A program made the position numbers and the translations under genes. Source: a virus (lineage: Duplodnaviria > Caudoviricetes). From it: a DNA stretch of 64,000 nucleotides. The DNA lies in the IMG/VR virus record IMGVR_UViG_3300021964_009400; one strand, written 5' to 3'. Below are positions 27,569 through 38,432 of this stretch, piece by piece. Below the pieces are notes generated by a model. That model was not told the DNA's origin. It saw nothing but the letters and a program-made list of their open reading frames with translations, and made no database searches. Numbering within the stretch: the first letter of the stretch is position 1; each line of letters starts with the position of its first letter.

Positions 27569-30082
27569 ATGGCTGAAGAAAGAACAAGATTAAAAGTATT
27601 ATTAGAACTTAAACAAGTACAGGTTGAAATAAATAAACTTGAACAAGAAGGTGCTAAAAAATCTGCAAAAGCAGCTAAAGATTTACAAACTTATAGAGAA
27701 TATGAGTTAGAATTGATGAAAGAATCATCAAAACTACTTGAAAGAAATTTAAAAAAATATGCAGCAGAAGAAAAAAGTATAGGTAGCATATCTAATGCTT
27801 ACCAATCTTTAAAAACATCTCAATTCGAAACAGTCAATATAGCCAAATCAGCCATTGGCTTAAAAGATGAAGAAATTAACCAAGTAACTAATTTACTTTC
27901 ATTATCAAGAGATTTATCAGAACTTACTATCGAGGACGAAATTCAAATAAAAGCAAAAACAACAGAATATGAAAATGCATTAGGAAATCTTTCTAAGAAT
28001 ATAACAGGAAATAAGAAATTATTAACTTCTCTTGAAAAACAAAATGAATTAGCACTTACTTATACAAAACAAACCCAAACTCAAAAAAAAGTAAATGAAG
28101 CAATGATAGATGCTCAAGAAAAAGTTCAAAAAACTTTTCAAGGCATTAGTGAAACAGTAGGAATAACATTACAAAAACTAAAAAGTGGAAGAGGTGCAAT
28201 AGGATTTTTAGTTTTAGGAGCTGGAAAGTTTGCAGAAAAACTTGGTGAAGCAAATAAACAATTAGGTAGAGTTGGTGAAGGATTAGGTGGTGCATATACT
28301 ACTACTGCAGCATTAGGATTTCTTTTCGATAGTAATGTTGAATCAATAAAAGCATTAAGTACAGAATTTGGTGGATTAGAAAAAGCATCAGATAGAATAC
28401 TCGTAAGTACAAACTTAATAGCAAATAACTTTGGAATTAGTGCAACTGATGCAGCAAAATTACAACAACAATTTGCAGCTTTAAATAATGGTTCAATTGA
28501 TATAGCAAATAATCTTATAGAAACAACACAACAATTTGCATTACAAAACAATCTGATACCATCAGCACTTATGGCTGATTTAGCAGCAAATACAGAAAAT
28601 TTTGCTTTATTTGGTAAAGATGGTGGTAGAAATATTTTACAAGCTGCAGGTTATGCTGCTAAACTTGGTATTTCTTTAGATAAAGTTGCTGGTGTTGCTG
28701 AAAATTTATTAGATTTTGAAAGTTCGATTACTAAAGAATTAGAATTAAGTGCTTTATTAGGTAAAACTCTAAATCTTGATAAAGCTAGACAACTTGCATT
28801 TGATAATGATATTGCAGGTGCAACACAAGAGGTATTAAGACAAATTGGTGGTATTGCTGCATTTGAAAGAATGAATTACTACCAAAGAAAACAAACTGCA
28901 GATTTATTAGGAGTATCGGTAGAAGAATTTAAGAAAATGGCACTTAATCAAAACAAAGCAAATAGTTTAGGTGCTATTCAAACTGAACAGTTTTCAAACC
29001 AAAATGAATTTTTGGGAATGATTGGAAATAAATTTGCAGGAACAATATTAAAAGGTGCTGGTAATTTCTTATTATTAATGGCACTTGCAAATAAGAAAAC
29101 ATCAATGTTAGCTGGATTAATGAATGGGATTGGTAAAGCCATTACATTTTTACCAAGAATGATGATAAAATTCATAAAACACCTTGTTACTGCTAATGCT
29201 TTAACAAGAGCACAAAAATTGTATTCCAATAAACAAATAGCAGCAGGCTTTGGAGGAAAAGCAGCAAAAGATATGTTAGCTAAAAAATTAGCTAGTACAA
29301 CAGCTATTTCAAATACTGCATCAACAACAACTGCTACTGCTAGTGCAACATCAGCATCTAAAACTGCTAGTGTAGGTGCAAGTTTAAAAGCATTAGCAGT
29401 GGGATTACGAGCAATGGGTACTAAACAAGTTTTATTTGGTGCATTAAATTTAATACCAACTGCTTTAGGATTTGCTGCAATGACAGTTGGGGCAATTGGT
29501 TTAGCAGCAGTTGCAACACTTGGACCAGCTGCAGGAGTTGGATTAACAAGTTTAGCTAGTGGAATGATTGCTTTAGGAGCCAGTGCTAAAGTTGCATTAA
29601 TTGGAGCTGGAGTATTAGCAGCAATAGGAGTTGCAACAATACCATTAACATATGCATTATCCTTATTAGCACCATTAATAGATTCAGTAGCAAATGGTAT
29701 AGTATCATTTGTAAGTGTGATTACATTAGAAAAAGCAGCTGCAATTGGTTTATTATCACTTGCCTTTTATGGTCTTGCTGCTTCATTGACAGCACTAGGA
29801 ACTGCAGGTATATTTGCTTTACCAACTTTATTAGGGATAGCAGCTGCAGCAGGTGGTCTTGCTATTGTTGCTGATATATTTGGTATAGGTGGTAGTTCAA
29901 CTGAAACAAGTGCTCTTGAGAGCGGTGGTGAAACTTTTGAACAACAATCACTAAAGTTCCAAGAAAGAATGGCAAACGCACTTGAAAGAGGCCATGTAAT
30001 AAAAATGAATGGACAAGTAGTTGGTAAAACAATATTTGGTAAAGAAGATGAAAGTTTAAGTAATAATTCAGGATTAAATTAA
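27569..30082 (+). CDS. Tape measure protein
   Basis: 837 aa; helical N-terminal half and Ala/Gly/Leu-rich hydrophobic C-terminal half; canonical position after the chaperones. Confidence 0.8.
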   Translation: MAEERTRLKVLLELKQVQVEINKLEQEGAKKSAKAAKDLQTYREYELELMKESSKLLERNLKKYAAEEKSIGSISNAYQSLKTSQFETVNIAKSAIGLKDEEINQVTNLLSLSRDLSELTIEDEIQIKAKTTEYENALGNLSKNITGNKKLLTSLEKQNELALTYTKQTQTQKKVNEAMIDAQEKVQKTFQGISETVGITLQKLKSGRGAIGFLVLGAGKFAEKLGEANKQLGRVGEGLGGAYTTTAALGFLFDSNVESIKALSTEFGGLEKASDRILVSTNLIANNFGISATDAAKLQQQFAALNNGSIDIANNLIETTQQFALQNNLIPSALMADLAANTENFALFGKDGGRNILQAAGYAAKLGISLDKVAGVAENLLDFESSITKELELSALLGKTLNLDKARQLAFDNDIAGATQEVLRQIGGIAAFERMNYYQRKQTADLLGVSVEEFKKMALNQNKANSLGAIQTEQFSNQNEFLGMIGNKFAGTILKGAGNFLLLMALANKKTSMLAGLMNGIGKAITFLPRMMIKFIKHLVTANALTRAQKLYSNKQIAAGFGGKAAKDMLAKKLASTTAISNTASTTTATASATSASKTASVGASLKALAVGLRAMGTKQVLFGALNLIPTALGFAAMTVGAIGLAAVATLGPAAGVGLTSLASGMIALGASAKVALIGAGVLAAIGVATIPLTYALSLLAPLIDSVANGIVSFVSVITLEKAAAIGLLSLAFYGLAASLTALGTAGIFALPTLLGIAAAAGGLAIVADIFGIGGSSTETSALESGGETFEQQSLKFQERMANALERGHVIKMNGQVVGKTIFGKEDESLSNNSGLN

Positions 30083-30083
30083 A

Positions 30084-32441
30084 ATGGCAAGAACAATAGA
30101 AGAATTATTTAAAAATAAAAATTCCTATAAATATGGTACTGATTATTCAGATGTAAAACCTGATACAGAAACCCTTATAGAACAAGAAACAACTGGTATC
30201 AGAATAAAGTCTGCAGTTGATTTTAACAATCCTATAATATATGGTAATGAAGCAACTCGTATTACATTAAGAAGTACACCTTCACTTGATACAATGAAAA
30301 CTAGTACTGGTGGTATTGAAGGTGGTGGATTGATTGGCCAAGGGTTAGAAAAGATAACAGGTGGAAATATAACTTCATTGAGTGAACCAAGAGATTATGT
30401 TAATAATAAGTTAGGTATTCCTACTAAATTAATACCAACAAGAGTAAAAAATACAGGTGAATTACAAAAAGGTGAAGAACCTGATACTATGATTACTCTT
30501 TCTAAAATTAGAAAAGATGGTGCAGGAACTGAACTTGGTAAATTTTTACAAAATACTGGTGGAGGTAATTTTTCTACAATAGGTAATCAGGCATTAGGTC
30601 AAGGTATATCTTTAGTTAAAGATAAAGCCCGAACTACATTATTTGGAGACCCAACTACAATTGGTACCAATGATGCTCAAAATAATGTATTTGAACAAGG
30701 ATATAGATATAGTTCAAAACTTCCATATTCAACCCAAATATTAGCTAGAAAACTTGCTGAACCAAATGAAGATGAAATACAAACTCCAACAACTGAAGTT
30801 ACTGATGAAATCAAAAAAACTACTGATGATAAATTAACAGAACAAAAACCAATTGGTGAAAAACAAGAAAGAAAAGATTATTCAAGTGATTTAAAATATA
30901 CATCAGTATTAAAAGATGAAAGAAGATATAAGGAAGAAGGTGGATTTTCATCAGAAACCGAATATAAAAATGATAAACCAATTAATTTTGGAAATGATAA
31001 AATTGACCTAAGAAAAGTATCTCCTGCATATTCAACTATACGAGGTACTGATTTAAGATATGGAACAAGTGAATATGCATTTGAAGCAAAAACAATACAA
31101 GAATCTAGAAACTTAAAAAAAGAATATAATTCTGAAGCACCTTATGTACGAAAATATAGAAATGGTGAAGCCAGTGAACTCAGCAAGGGTACAATATATG
31201 AAGGTGGTTTAGAAAAATTTATGGGATTAGATAAATCCGATGAATTAAACAAAATAAGTGTTGCAGATAATTTAAAACTTGATGAGAATGATGCTTTTAT
31301 AAAAAAAGGAGATGAAACCATTGGAGATTTAATTCCATTGTGGTTTAAAAGAAAAGGTGGAGAAAGTGTTCTTGTATTTAGAGCAATTGTATCTTCTTTA
31401 ACAGAATCTACATCACCATCTTGGAATGGACAGAAATTTTTAGGAAATCCTTATAGTTTTTATTTATATGAAGGTGTTGAAAGAAACATATCATTTAATT
31501 TAAGAGTTGCAGCTGCATCACCAATGGAGTTAGCAAGTATTTGGGAAAGATTAAAGGTATTAACTTCATATACTTATCCAACAATCAAAAATCAATTATC
31601 AAATCCACCTATTATTGAATTTAGATTAGGTTCAATGTATAATCATAAAACATCATTTATTGAACAATTACAATATACTATACCAGATGAAGGGGTTTGG
31701 GAAACAAATGGAGCATTAGGATATTTACCAAAATTTGTTGATGTTCAAATGACACTTAAATTTATTGAAAGTGCTGGTGATGAACAAAGACTTTATGATT
31801 TTAACTTAAGTAAAGAGGCAGTTAAAAAAATAAACGAACAAAGAGAGATTAACTTTTCAACAGAGAGTGTAGCATCAAATGGGACAATTAAACGAGATAC
31901 ACCTATGAAAGTTTCTGTTGTAAAAAAATCATCTGATGTTGAAAAAACTGGTACAGGACCAAAAGCGCCTGTTTTAACAAGTTTAAATCCTAATGTACCT
32001 AATCAAACAATACCTAGTTCTGATGCATCAACAGATGATATTAAAACACAAGCTGCACAATCAGCAGCTTCTGATTCATTAGGAGGAAAAACTCCAATAC
32101 AAGCAACTAAAGAACAACAAAATAAATCAAATATGACTAAACAACAAGCAGAGTATATTCAAAATAAAAAAATAGAATATGGTCCAGATGTTAAAGTTGA
32201 AGTTATACCACAAAATAGTTTACCAAAAGAGGCTGATGATTTTAGATATATAGGAAGAGGTACATTTAATCAGATATTTGTTAAAATAGAAGGACCATCT
32301 CCATCAGGTAAAAATGCATATCAATTTGTTCAATTAAATGCAATGGGTTACCCATACATATTAACTGAAGGAATAGGAGAAACACCATCAAATCAATTAT
32401 CTAAAAGTGATAGCTTATCAAATGCATTAGATAATTTATAA
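30084..32441 (+). CDS. Baseplate/tail-tube initiator-like protein
   Basis: FRAIVSSLTESTSPSWNGQKFLGNPYSFYLYEGVERNISFNL..PPIIEFRLGSMY domain typical of post-TMP tube-initiator proteins. Confidence 0.55.
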   Translation: MARTIEELFKNKNSYKYGTDYSDVKPDTETLIEQETTGIRIKSAVDFNNPIIYGNEATRITLRSTPSLDTMKTSTGGIEGGGLIGQGLEKITGGNITSLSEPRDYVNNKLGIPTKLIPTRVKNTGELQKGEEPDTMITLSKIRKDGAGTELGKFLQNTGGGNFSTIGNQALGQGISLVKDKARTTLFGDPTTIGTNDAQNNVFEQGYRYSSKLPYSTQILARKLAEPNEDEIQTPTTEVTDEIKKTTDDKLTEQKPIGEKQERKDYSSDLKYTSVLKDERRYKEEGGFSSETEYKNDKPINFGNDKIDLRKVSPAYSTIRGTDLRYGTSEYAFEAKTIQESRNLKKEYNSEAPYVRKYRNGEASELSKGTIYEGGLEKFMGLDKSDELNKISVADNLKLDENDAFIKKGDETIGDLIPLWFKRKGGESVLVFRAIVSSLTESTSPSWNGQKFLGNPYSFYLYEGVERNISFNLRVAAASPMELASIWERLKVLTSYTYPTIKNQLSNPPIIEFRLGSMYNHKTSFIEQLQYTIPDEGVWETNGALGYLPKFVDVQMTLKFIESAGDEQRLYDFNLSKEAVKKINEQREINFSTESVASNGTIKRDTPMKVSVVKKSSDVEKTGTGPKAPVLTSLNPNVPNQTIPSSDASTDDIKTQAAQSAASDSLGGKTPIQATKEQQNKSNMTKQQAEYIQNKKIEYGPDVKVEVIPQNSLPKEADDFRYIGRGTFNQIFVKIEGPSPSGKNAYQFVQLNAMGYPYILTEGIGETPSNQLSKSDSLSNALDNL

Positions 32442-32471
32442 GGTACAGACTAATAAAAAATATAAAAAAAT

Positions 32472-32762
32472 ATGTCAAGTAGATATCAAAATAATAGAAA
32501 AAAACAATTGAAAGATGGTAAAACAGTCTTTCGTTCTAAAATTTATCCAAAAATACCAAAAAGAGATAATGATATTTATATCGTAACTCAAGGTGGGGAT
32601 AGATTAGATACACTTGCAAATCAATTTTATAGTGATGTATCACTTTGGTGGATAATAGCAGCTGCAAATAATATCCATGATGCACCCTTTGCACTAACTG
32701 AAGGAACTATATTAAGAATACCAATAGATAAAAATAAAATTTTAAACAATTTTTATAAATAG
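32472..32762 (+). CDS. LysM/tail-X-like baseplate wedge protein
   Basis: YIVTQGGDRLDTLANQFYSDVSLWWIIAAANNI..GTILRIP. Confidence 0.85.
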   Translation: MSSRYQNNRKKQLKDGKTVFRSKIYPKIPKRDNDIYIVTQGGDRLDTLANQFYSDVSLWWIIAAANNIHDAPFALTEGTILRIPIDKNKILNNFYK

Positions 32763-32764
32763 TT

Positions 32765-35665
32765 ATGAGCTTTCCACAACTAGCAAATATCGATAAACGA
32801 ATTTGGGATAGAATGACAGAAAGGGCAGGTAATAATGAACTCATGTCTAAAACTCAATCTTGGGTACGAGTCACCTCAACTTTAGGTAATTATTTAACAT
32901 TAGAATCTTTACCTCAACAAGATAGTTTTGCAGAAAGATATGGTGATACAACTAAAAGTGGTAGAGTTGGTGTAGATAAAAACAATAAATCTATATATGC
33001 ATATAATGAAGATGGAACCGAAAATTCTATTAATCAAGAAATACAAGAAAGAGCATTTAGACCATCACCAATAATTAGTAGTTTAGAAGTATCTCAAGGT
33101 AATGAAGGATTAAGTAAAAAAGTAAATTTTACTATTACTGCATATACAAAAGGACAAGCAAATGCAATTATAGAACATTTCTTAGAACCAGGCGTACATT
33201 GTTTAGTTGAATTTGGATTTAATGAATCACAAAGTGTTAGACAAAAATGTGATTTAAGTGGTGATATCTGTAATGTAATAAAATACAAAAATATAGCATG
33301 GGTGCAACAAAAAAGAAGAAATTCAAATGGTACTTATGATGCTATGTTAGGAATTATTTCAGGTGGTAATACAAACTTTGGTGATGGTGAGAGTTATAAT
33401 ATAGAAGTAGAATGTACTTCAATTGGAGAGTTACCTGCATATTTACAACATCATAAAAATTTACAAACAAATGATTTATCTAGTTTAAAAATGTCAAGTA
33501 AACGATTTAATCCAGACGAGTTTGAACCAGACGCAGATTCGGATGAAACTCCCTCTGGAGAAGAAATCGGAAAGGCATTATTCAAACAAATGTATAATGA
33601 ATTACCAGGTCATAAACGAATTGGTAAGGTAAAAAATTTAATAAATGAACCTTGGGCAACTAACCCTGCTAACTTTGTTAATATAGATAGAGAATTAAGA
33701 AAAGAACTTACTGAAAATGTTAAAAAAGGTGCACTTGCTTTAACATCTAAAGAAAATCTAGAAACACTTCAAAATGAAATAACTGCAAATGAAAGTACTC
33801 AACTTGCACTTGCAAAAGATGGAGAAGAAGCTGCTCCGATACAAAAAGTACCTAACGATGATATTCGTGGTGATAATGCACTTTCATCTACTATTAAAGG
33901 TAAAATACCATCTGACCAACCTTTATTTTCAGATAGAAGGTATATTAGAGTTGCATTAGCTTTTACAATTATGGAAATGCAACCCAATACCACTAATACC
34001 ATACCTATTATATGTGAAGATGGTCAAACAGTATCACCATTATATATTAATTGGCAAGATACTATTTGTTCTGGTCACAGACATATGTATTCTATTGACC
34101 CTAATACATTATTGATTCCAAATCAACATCATCCAAGATTTAGAATCGAAGGTGCATTTCTTAAGCCTCAAAAGGTAAAAAATGAAAATGGTGAAGATGA
34201 AATTGTTGGATTTTCAAATCCAATACCTAATTTAATTTTAACAAAAGGAAATCCTCCAACATTCAACGAGGATGACGGTAATACAATAGTAGATATGCAT
34301 CCAGATTCACATGATATGAGTCCTGAAAAGTTTTCTCATTTTCCTAGTAATGATGCACTTGTATATAATGGTCAAAAAGATAGTGATGATAGTTTTGCAA
34401 TAACGGAAGCAGACGCAAATACTTGGGGATATTTAAGAAATCTTTATATTGATTTTGATTTTTTTATAAATACGATTAATCAAACTGGTTATTTAACAAA
34501 AGATGTTATGTACACTCTTTTAAATGGTTTATCTAATGGTGTAAATAAAATGTGGGAGTTTCAAATAGTTGAAAAACAATCTATTGATTATAATAATTCA
34601 AAGAAAACAAATGGAAATCAAAACGACCCATTTTATCAATGGTATGTTAAAAATAATAGAGGTTGTACAGAAAATACTGCACCAGCACCTGGTCAAGAAG
34701 AATTACATATTGTTGATTTAAGATTTTTTGGTAAAACTTCAGTAGTACCAAAGTTTGGTGTTGCACAATTTCAATCAAGAGGTACAAAATCACCATTTTT
34801 ATCTGCTAATTTAAAGTTTGATATTCCTGCATCAATGAAAGGACAAGTGATTGGCCAACGCAAGAAAAATTCAAATATGGATAATCCAAATCAAGAACAA
34901 ACTGTAAAAAATTATAAAGCAAATAATAAAGATGAAAAAGGTTTGTTTTCTAAATTAATAGATGCTCTTGCTGAAAAGATTTACGCTTTCCAAAAAGATG
35001 AAGAAGAAAGGGTTGACGAGTTTAATAAACAAAAACAAGAGTTAATAGATAAAGGACAAATTCAAAGTGATGAGGATTATAACAAAAAAGTAGAAGATGC
35101 TGATTTGACTGGGGCGGCATATGTATGGGACAAACTTAAATCTGGATATAAAGCCACAAAAAATGTTTTTTTTGAAGAAGAAGATGTTAAAGAAGTAAGG
35201 AACGCAAATTATGAATTAGTTTTAAATAACGCAACAGTAGTTCCAGGTACACAAAATAGAAAAGATAACATAGATTTAATTACAGGTACCTTTGATTTAT
35301 ATACATCAAATAATACAACTTTAGATAAAATTGCTAAAGTTATTTCTTGGAAAGATACTGAACTTTTAAAAACAATCAGAAAATGGGATAATCTATTTCA
35401 ATTTGGAAAAGATGGTTCACCGATGAATGATGTTCCATTACCTATTGAATTTGATTTTGAAGTACCTGGTGTGAGTGGGTTTAAACTTGGAGATACATTT
35501 ACAATTACAGATTTACCAAAATATAATACTAAATTCTTTCAAGTAGTAGAAGTTGGACATACTATTGAACAAAGTATTTGGAAAACAAAAATAAGAGCAA
35601 AATTAAGAAACCAAGAAGCAGATTTAGATGGTAAATTAAAATACTATGAAGATAAAATAAATTAA
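32765..35665 (+). CDS. Baseplate hub-like protein
   Basis: 966 aa after the LysM gene; C-terminal PIEFDFEVPGVSGFKLGDTF..FQVVEVGHTI..WKTKI is a hub/late-D-type ending. Confidence 0.55.
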   Translation: MSFPQLANIDKRIWDRMTERAGNNELMSKTQSWVRVTSTLGNYLTLESLPQQDSFAERYGDTTKSGRVGVDKNNKSIYAYNEDGTENSINQEIQERAFRPSPIISSLEVSQGNEGLSKKVNFTITAYTKGQANAIIEHFLEPGVHCLVEFGFNESQSVRQKCDLSGDICNVIKYKNIAWVQQKRRNSNGTYDAMLGIISGGNTNFGDGESYNIEVECTSIGELPAYLQHHKNLQTNDLSSLKMSSKRFNPDEFEPDADSDETPSGEEIGKALFKQMYNELPGHKRIGKVKNLINEPWATNPANFVNIDRELRKELTENVKKGALALTSKENLETLQNEITANESTQLALAKDGEEAAPIQKVPNDDIRGDNALSSTIKGKIPSDQPLFSDRRYIRVALAFTIMEMQPNTTNTIPIICEDGQTVSPLYINWQDTICSGHRHMYSIDPNTLLIPNQHHPRFRIEGAFLKPQKVKNENGEDEIVGFSNPIPNLILTKGNPPTFNEDDGNTIVDMHPDSHDMSPEKFSHFPSNDALVYNGQKDSDDSFAITEADANTWGYLRNLYIDFDFFINTINQTGYLTKDVMYTLLNGLSNGVNKMWEFQIVEKQSIDYNNSKKTNGNQNDPFYQWYVKNNRGCTENTAPAPGQEELHIVDLRFFGKTSVVPKFGVAQFQSRGTKSPFLSANLKFDIPASMKGQVIGQRKKNSNMDNPNQEQTVKNYKANNKDEKGLFSKLIDALAEKIYAFQKDEEERVDEFNKQKQELIDKGQIQSDEDYNKKVEDADLTGAAYVWDKLKSGYKATKNVFFEEEDVKEVRNANYELVLNNATVVPGTQNRKDNIDLITGTFDLYTSNNTTLDKIAKVISWKDTELLKTIRKWDNLFQFGKDGSPMNDVPLPIEFDFEVPGVSGFKLGDTFTITDLPKYNTKFFQVVEVGHTIEQSIWKTKIRAKLRNQEADLDGKLKYYEDKIN

Positions 35666-35668
35666 AAA

Positions 35669-36055
35669 ATGAGTGTTAGTAGATATAATAGAATAACAAG
35701 AGAAATTTTTGATTCAAATATCAAATTTAAAACTCATATACCTAGACCTACTGATAAAGATTATAAGGCAGGGTATATAAGAAGATACTTTGCTCAAAGA
35801 ACAAATGATAAAAGTTCTCCAATATTTGAAATTGATAAGTTTGTATTTGAAAAATTAAAAAGTACAGTATCATATCAAGTAATTAGTTTAAGATGGAGAA
35901 TATCAGGTTCTAAAATTCCTAAATATGATTTCGATGGAAATCAAATTGATAAAGGGGTTGGAAATTCAAATAGTATTACAATAAAAAACAAATCACATCT
36001 AATACCAAATTTAAAATTGTACTTACCAAATTTATTACAATTTTATAAAATGTAA
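35669..36055 (+). CDS. Hypothetical protein at the end of the tail module
   Basis: 128-aa ORF; PRPTDKDYKAGYIRRYF. Confidence 0.7.
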   Translation: MSVSRYNRITREIFDSNIKFKTHIPRPTDKDYKAGYIRRYFAQRTNDKSSPIFEIDKFVFEKLKSTVSYQVISLRWRISGSKIPKYDFDGNQIDKGVGNSNSITIKNKSHLIPNLKLYLPNLLQFYKM

Positions 36056-36077
36056 ATATTTATTATAAAACAAAGTT

Positions 36078-36833
36078 ATGTCACATCTTACCGATTTAGA
36101 AAAACAACAATTACAATTTGATTGGAGATACAAAGGAGTATCAGTTTTAAATTTACTAACAGATGCAGAAGTAGATTTATATTCTAAAGAATTAGAAAAA
36201 ATTAGAATCCAAAGACAAGAAAATGATACAGAAGGTGAATGGGGTGAATATGACCCATTTATGTATCCACATAAAGAATCTGAATTACTTACTGATTTAA
36301 TGAAACATCCAAAAATTATCGAAGCATGTGAGTTTCTTATGGATTCTAAAATATTTGGTGTACAAACTTGGGCATACTTTAAACCACCAGGTCAATTAGG
36401 AAGAGACCAACATCAAAATATATTTTATACACAATGTAAATCAAACGAAATAATCAATGTTTCTATTGCATTAGATAATCATGACCCAGATAATGGTTCT
36501 GTTTGGTATTTAGAAGGTTCACATAGATTAGGTAGATTACCAATAGAAGTGGATGAAGAAAGAGTAGGTTCAAATCCAAAAAATTGGAGAAATGAAAGAG
36601 GTAAACCTTGTGTATTGCCAGAGGACCATAACTTTCCACATATAAATGGATATTTAAGAAGAGGACAAATTGCACTACTTCATTCAAATGTAGTACATGG
36701 TTCAGAAGCAAATACATCTGATAGATTTAGAAAAGCATTTTTAACTGGTTATATTAAAGAAGGTGCAAACTTCGCATCTGGTAAGCACATGAAAAGAGAA
36801 CCAATTGATGTAGGTTCAGCAAAAATTTCTTAA
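36078..36833 (+). CDS. PhyH-family Fe(II)/2-oxoglutarate dioxygenase-like protein
   Basis: YFKPPG..HQN, VSIALDNHDPDNGSVWYLEGSH, LLHSNVVHGSEANTSDRFRKA. Confidence 0.8.
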   Translation: MSHLTDLEKQQLQFDWRYKGVSVLNLLTDAEVDLYSKELEKIRIQRQENDTEGEWGEYDPFMYPHKESELLTDLMKHPKIIEACEFLMDSKIFGVQTWAYFKPPGQLGRDQHQNIFYTQCKSNEIINVSIALDNHDPDNGSVWYLEGSHRLGRLPIEVDEERVGSNPKNWRNERGKPCVLPEDHNFPHINGYLRRGQIALLHSNVVHGSEANTSDRFRKAFLTGYIKEGANFASGKHMKREPIDVGSAKIS

Positions 36834-36854
36834 AAAAATGTAAAAATAATTAAG

Positions 36855-36893
36855 AAAAGCCATTGTAGTCTCGGCTTTTTTTCGTAGCTTTAG
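36855..36893 (+). promoter_or_regulatory. Repeated promoter/hairpin cassette, copy 1
   Basis: AAAAGCCATTGTAGTCTCGGCTTTTTTTCGTAGCTTTAG. Confidence 0.75.
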
Positions 36894-36918
36894 GGTATAA
36901 TTAATAAACCTTAAAACT

Positions 36919-37245
36919 ATGAAAAATTTAGACAAAAACACTTCAGTAAATTTATTGAAACAAGAAGATAACTTTAGATGGTTATCATGTAATGGAACTA
37001 AATTCAAGCAAGAACTACAATCTTGGGAATCTAAAGACCAAATGATGTGGATTACTTTTGCAGATAATAATTTTGAAAACAAATGGTTCAGATTAGAAAC
37101 TGAAGATTTGGGTTGGATTGAATGGAATGAAGATAATTCAAACGCAATCATGGATATTTGTAGAGAAGAATTCTCTAATGAGAAATGGGGAATTTCTAAT
37201 ACTTCACAAATGTTGATGGGTAACGCAATGAGAGATAACTTTTAA
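36919..37245 (+). CDS. Hypothetical early protein
   Basis: 108 aa downstream of cassette copy 1; leader AAACCTTAAAACTATG. Confidence 0.75.
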   Translation: MKNLDKNTSVNLLKQEDNFRWLSCNGTKFKQELQSWESKDQMMWITFADNNFENKWFRLETEDLGWIEWNEDNSNAIMDICREEFSNEKWGISNTSQMLMGNAMRDNF

Positions 37246-37255
37246 AATATAAAAT

Positions 37256-37456
37256 ATGAATATAGATTACAAAAAAATTACAAATGTAGAAATCGAAGAT
37301 ATATTTAGATTCGATTATCCTGATTTCTGTGATGCATTTATTACCGCAGCAGATTACGATGGTAAACCAATGAGTGAAGAAATGATTGATTATTTAAATG
37401 AAAATGATAATGGATTCATTGGTGAAACGATTTTTGATAAACAATTATATTTGTAA
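37256..37456 (+). CDS. Small acidic hypothetical protein
   Basis: 66 aa; IEDIFRFDYPDFCDAFITAADYDG. Confidence 0.7.
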   Translation: MNIDYKKITNVEIEDIFRFDYPDFCDAFITAADYDGKPMSEEMIDYLNENDNGFIGETIFDKQLYL

Positions 37457-37474
37457 AAAAATGCAAAAATAATT

Positions 37475-37528
37475 GAAAAAAGCCATTGTAGTCTCGGCTT
37501 TTTTTCGTATATTTACTATGTAAATGAG
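37475..37528 (+). promoter_or_regulatory. Repeated promoter/hairpin cassette, copy 2
   Basis: GAAAAAAGCCATTGTAGTCTCGGCTTTTTTTCGTATATTTACTATGTAAATGAG. Confidence 0.8.
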
Positions 37529-37562
37529 TGATAATAAAAGTAAAAATTTAAACCTTAAAACT

Positions 37563-38174
37563 ATGAATAAAAAAGTAAAAATTTCAATTAAACACAATGA
37601 GTTCCTAATCCCTTCTGACTCAATCAGATATGATGAGTATAACAATAACGAACCTTATGTTTATATGAGAGCGAAGTTAGCCGCTTCAATAATCAAACAA
37701 TTTGTTAAAAATAAATACCCTAACTTAGTATGTTCAGCTACCTCTGATGTGTATAGTGGTGGTTCTTCTGTCAGAGTGAATGTGTGTAACAAAAATGGTT
37801 CTAAAGTTGATGAATCAATTTTTCACAATATTTCTGAATGGAAACACATTTTACAAGGTGGTTCTTTTGATGGTATGTATGACATATACAATTATAGAGA
37901 AGATTCTCCAACAACAGATGCCGGAACTCCTATGAAGTATTTCCCATCTTATGTATTCATTGAGAACAAACCAAATTGGGGTTCTAAAGAATATTGGATG
38001 AACGAGTGGAATGAGTGGTGTAGAATCACAGATTACAATTACACTATGACTGATAATCAAAAAGAATGGGTTGATAATGTAGTAAACAAATACGGTGGTT
38101 GGTTAGGATACAACAAACAATTTATGAGTAAATCAGTTCTTAAAAATATTGACTCAATTATGGGTTGTATTTAA
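37563..38174 (+). CDS. Hypothetical early protein (start re-called at 37563)
   Basis: ATG at 37563 has the same AAACCTTAAAACTATG leader as 36919; in frame with the 37524 ORF. Confidence 0.7.
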   Translation: MNKKVKISIKHNEFLIPSDSIRYDEYNNNEPYVYMRAKLAASIIKQFVKNKYPNLVCSATSDVYSGGSSVRVNVCNKNGSKVDESIFHNISEWKHILQGGSFDGMYDIYNYREDSPTTDAGTPMKYFPSYVFIENKPNWGSKEYWMNEWNEWCRITDYNYTMTDNQKEWVDNVVNKYGGWLGYNKQFMSKSVLKNIDSIMGCI

Positions 38175-38184
38175 AATATAAAAT

Positions 38185-38421
38185 ATGAGAATAGGATATA
38201 AAAAATTTAAAGAAATTAAAAAATGGTATGGTTCTTCCAATTTTGAAATTGGATATGATACAGATTCATTAACCCTTAGATTTGGTTATTGGAAACAAGT
38301 TAATTTAAATGGTTTGAAAAAAATATTACCTGACTATTTCACAATAACTGAAAATCTTGTAGATGATGATGATTGTGGAGAACTTTACAATTATACAATA
38401 AAAAGAGAATATAACATTTAA
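38185..38421 (+). CDS. Hypothetical protein
   Basis: 78 aa; leader TTTAAAATATAAAATATG identical to that of 37256. Confidence 0.7.
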   Translation: MRIGYKKFKEIKKWYGSSNFEIGYDTDSLTLRFGYWKQVNLNGLKKILPDYFTITENLVDDDDCGELYNYTIKREYNI

Positions 38422-38432
38422 AATTTAAAATT

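Noticed and set aside
36816-37645. Minus-strand ORFs 36816-37151, 37445-37645 and 46760-46942 sharing the peptide RKK(A/I)ETTMAF
   Set aside because: The shared peptide is simply the reverse translation of the repeated promoter cassette, not a protein family
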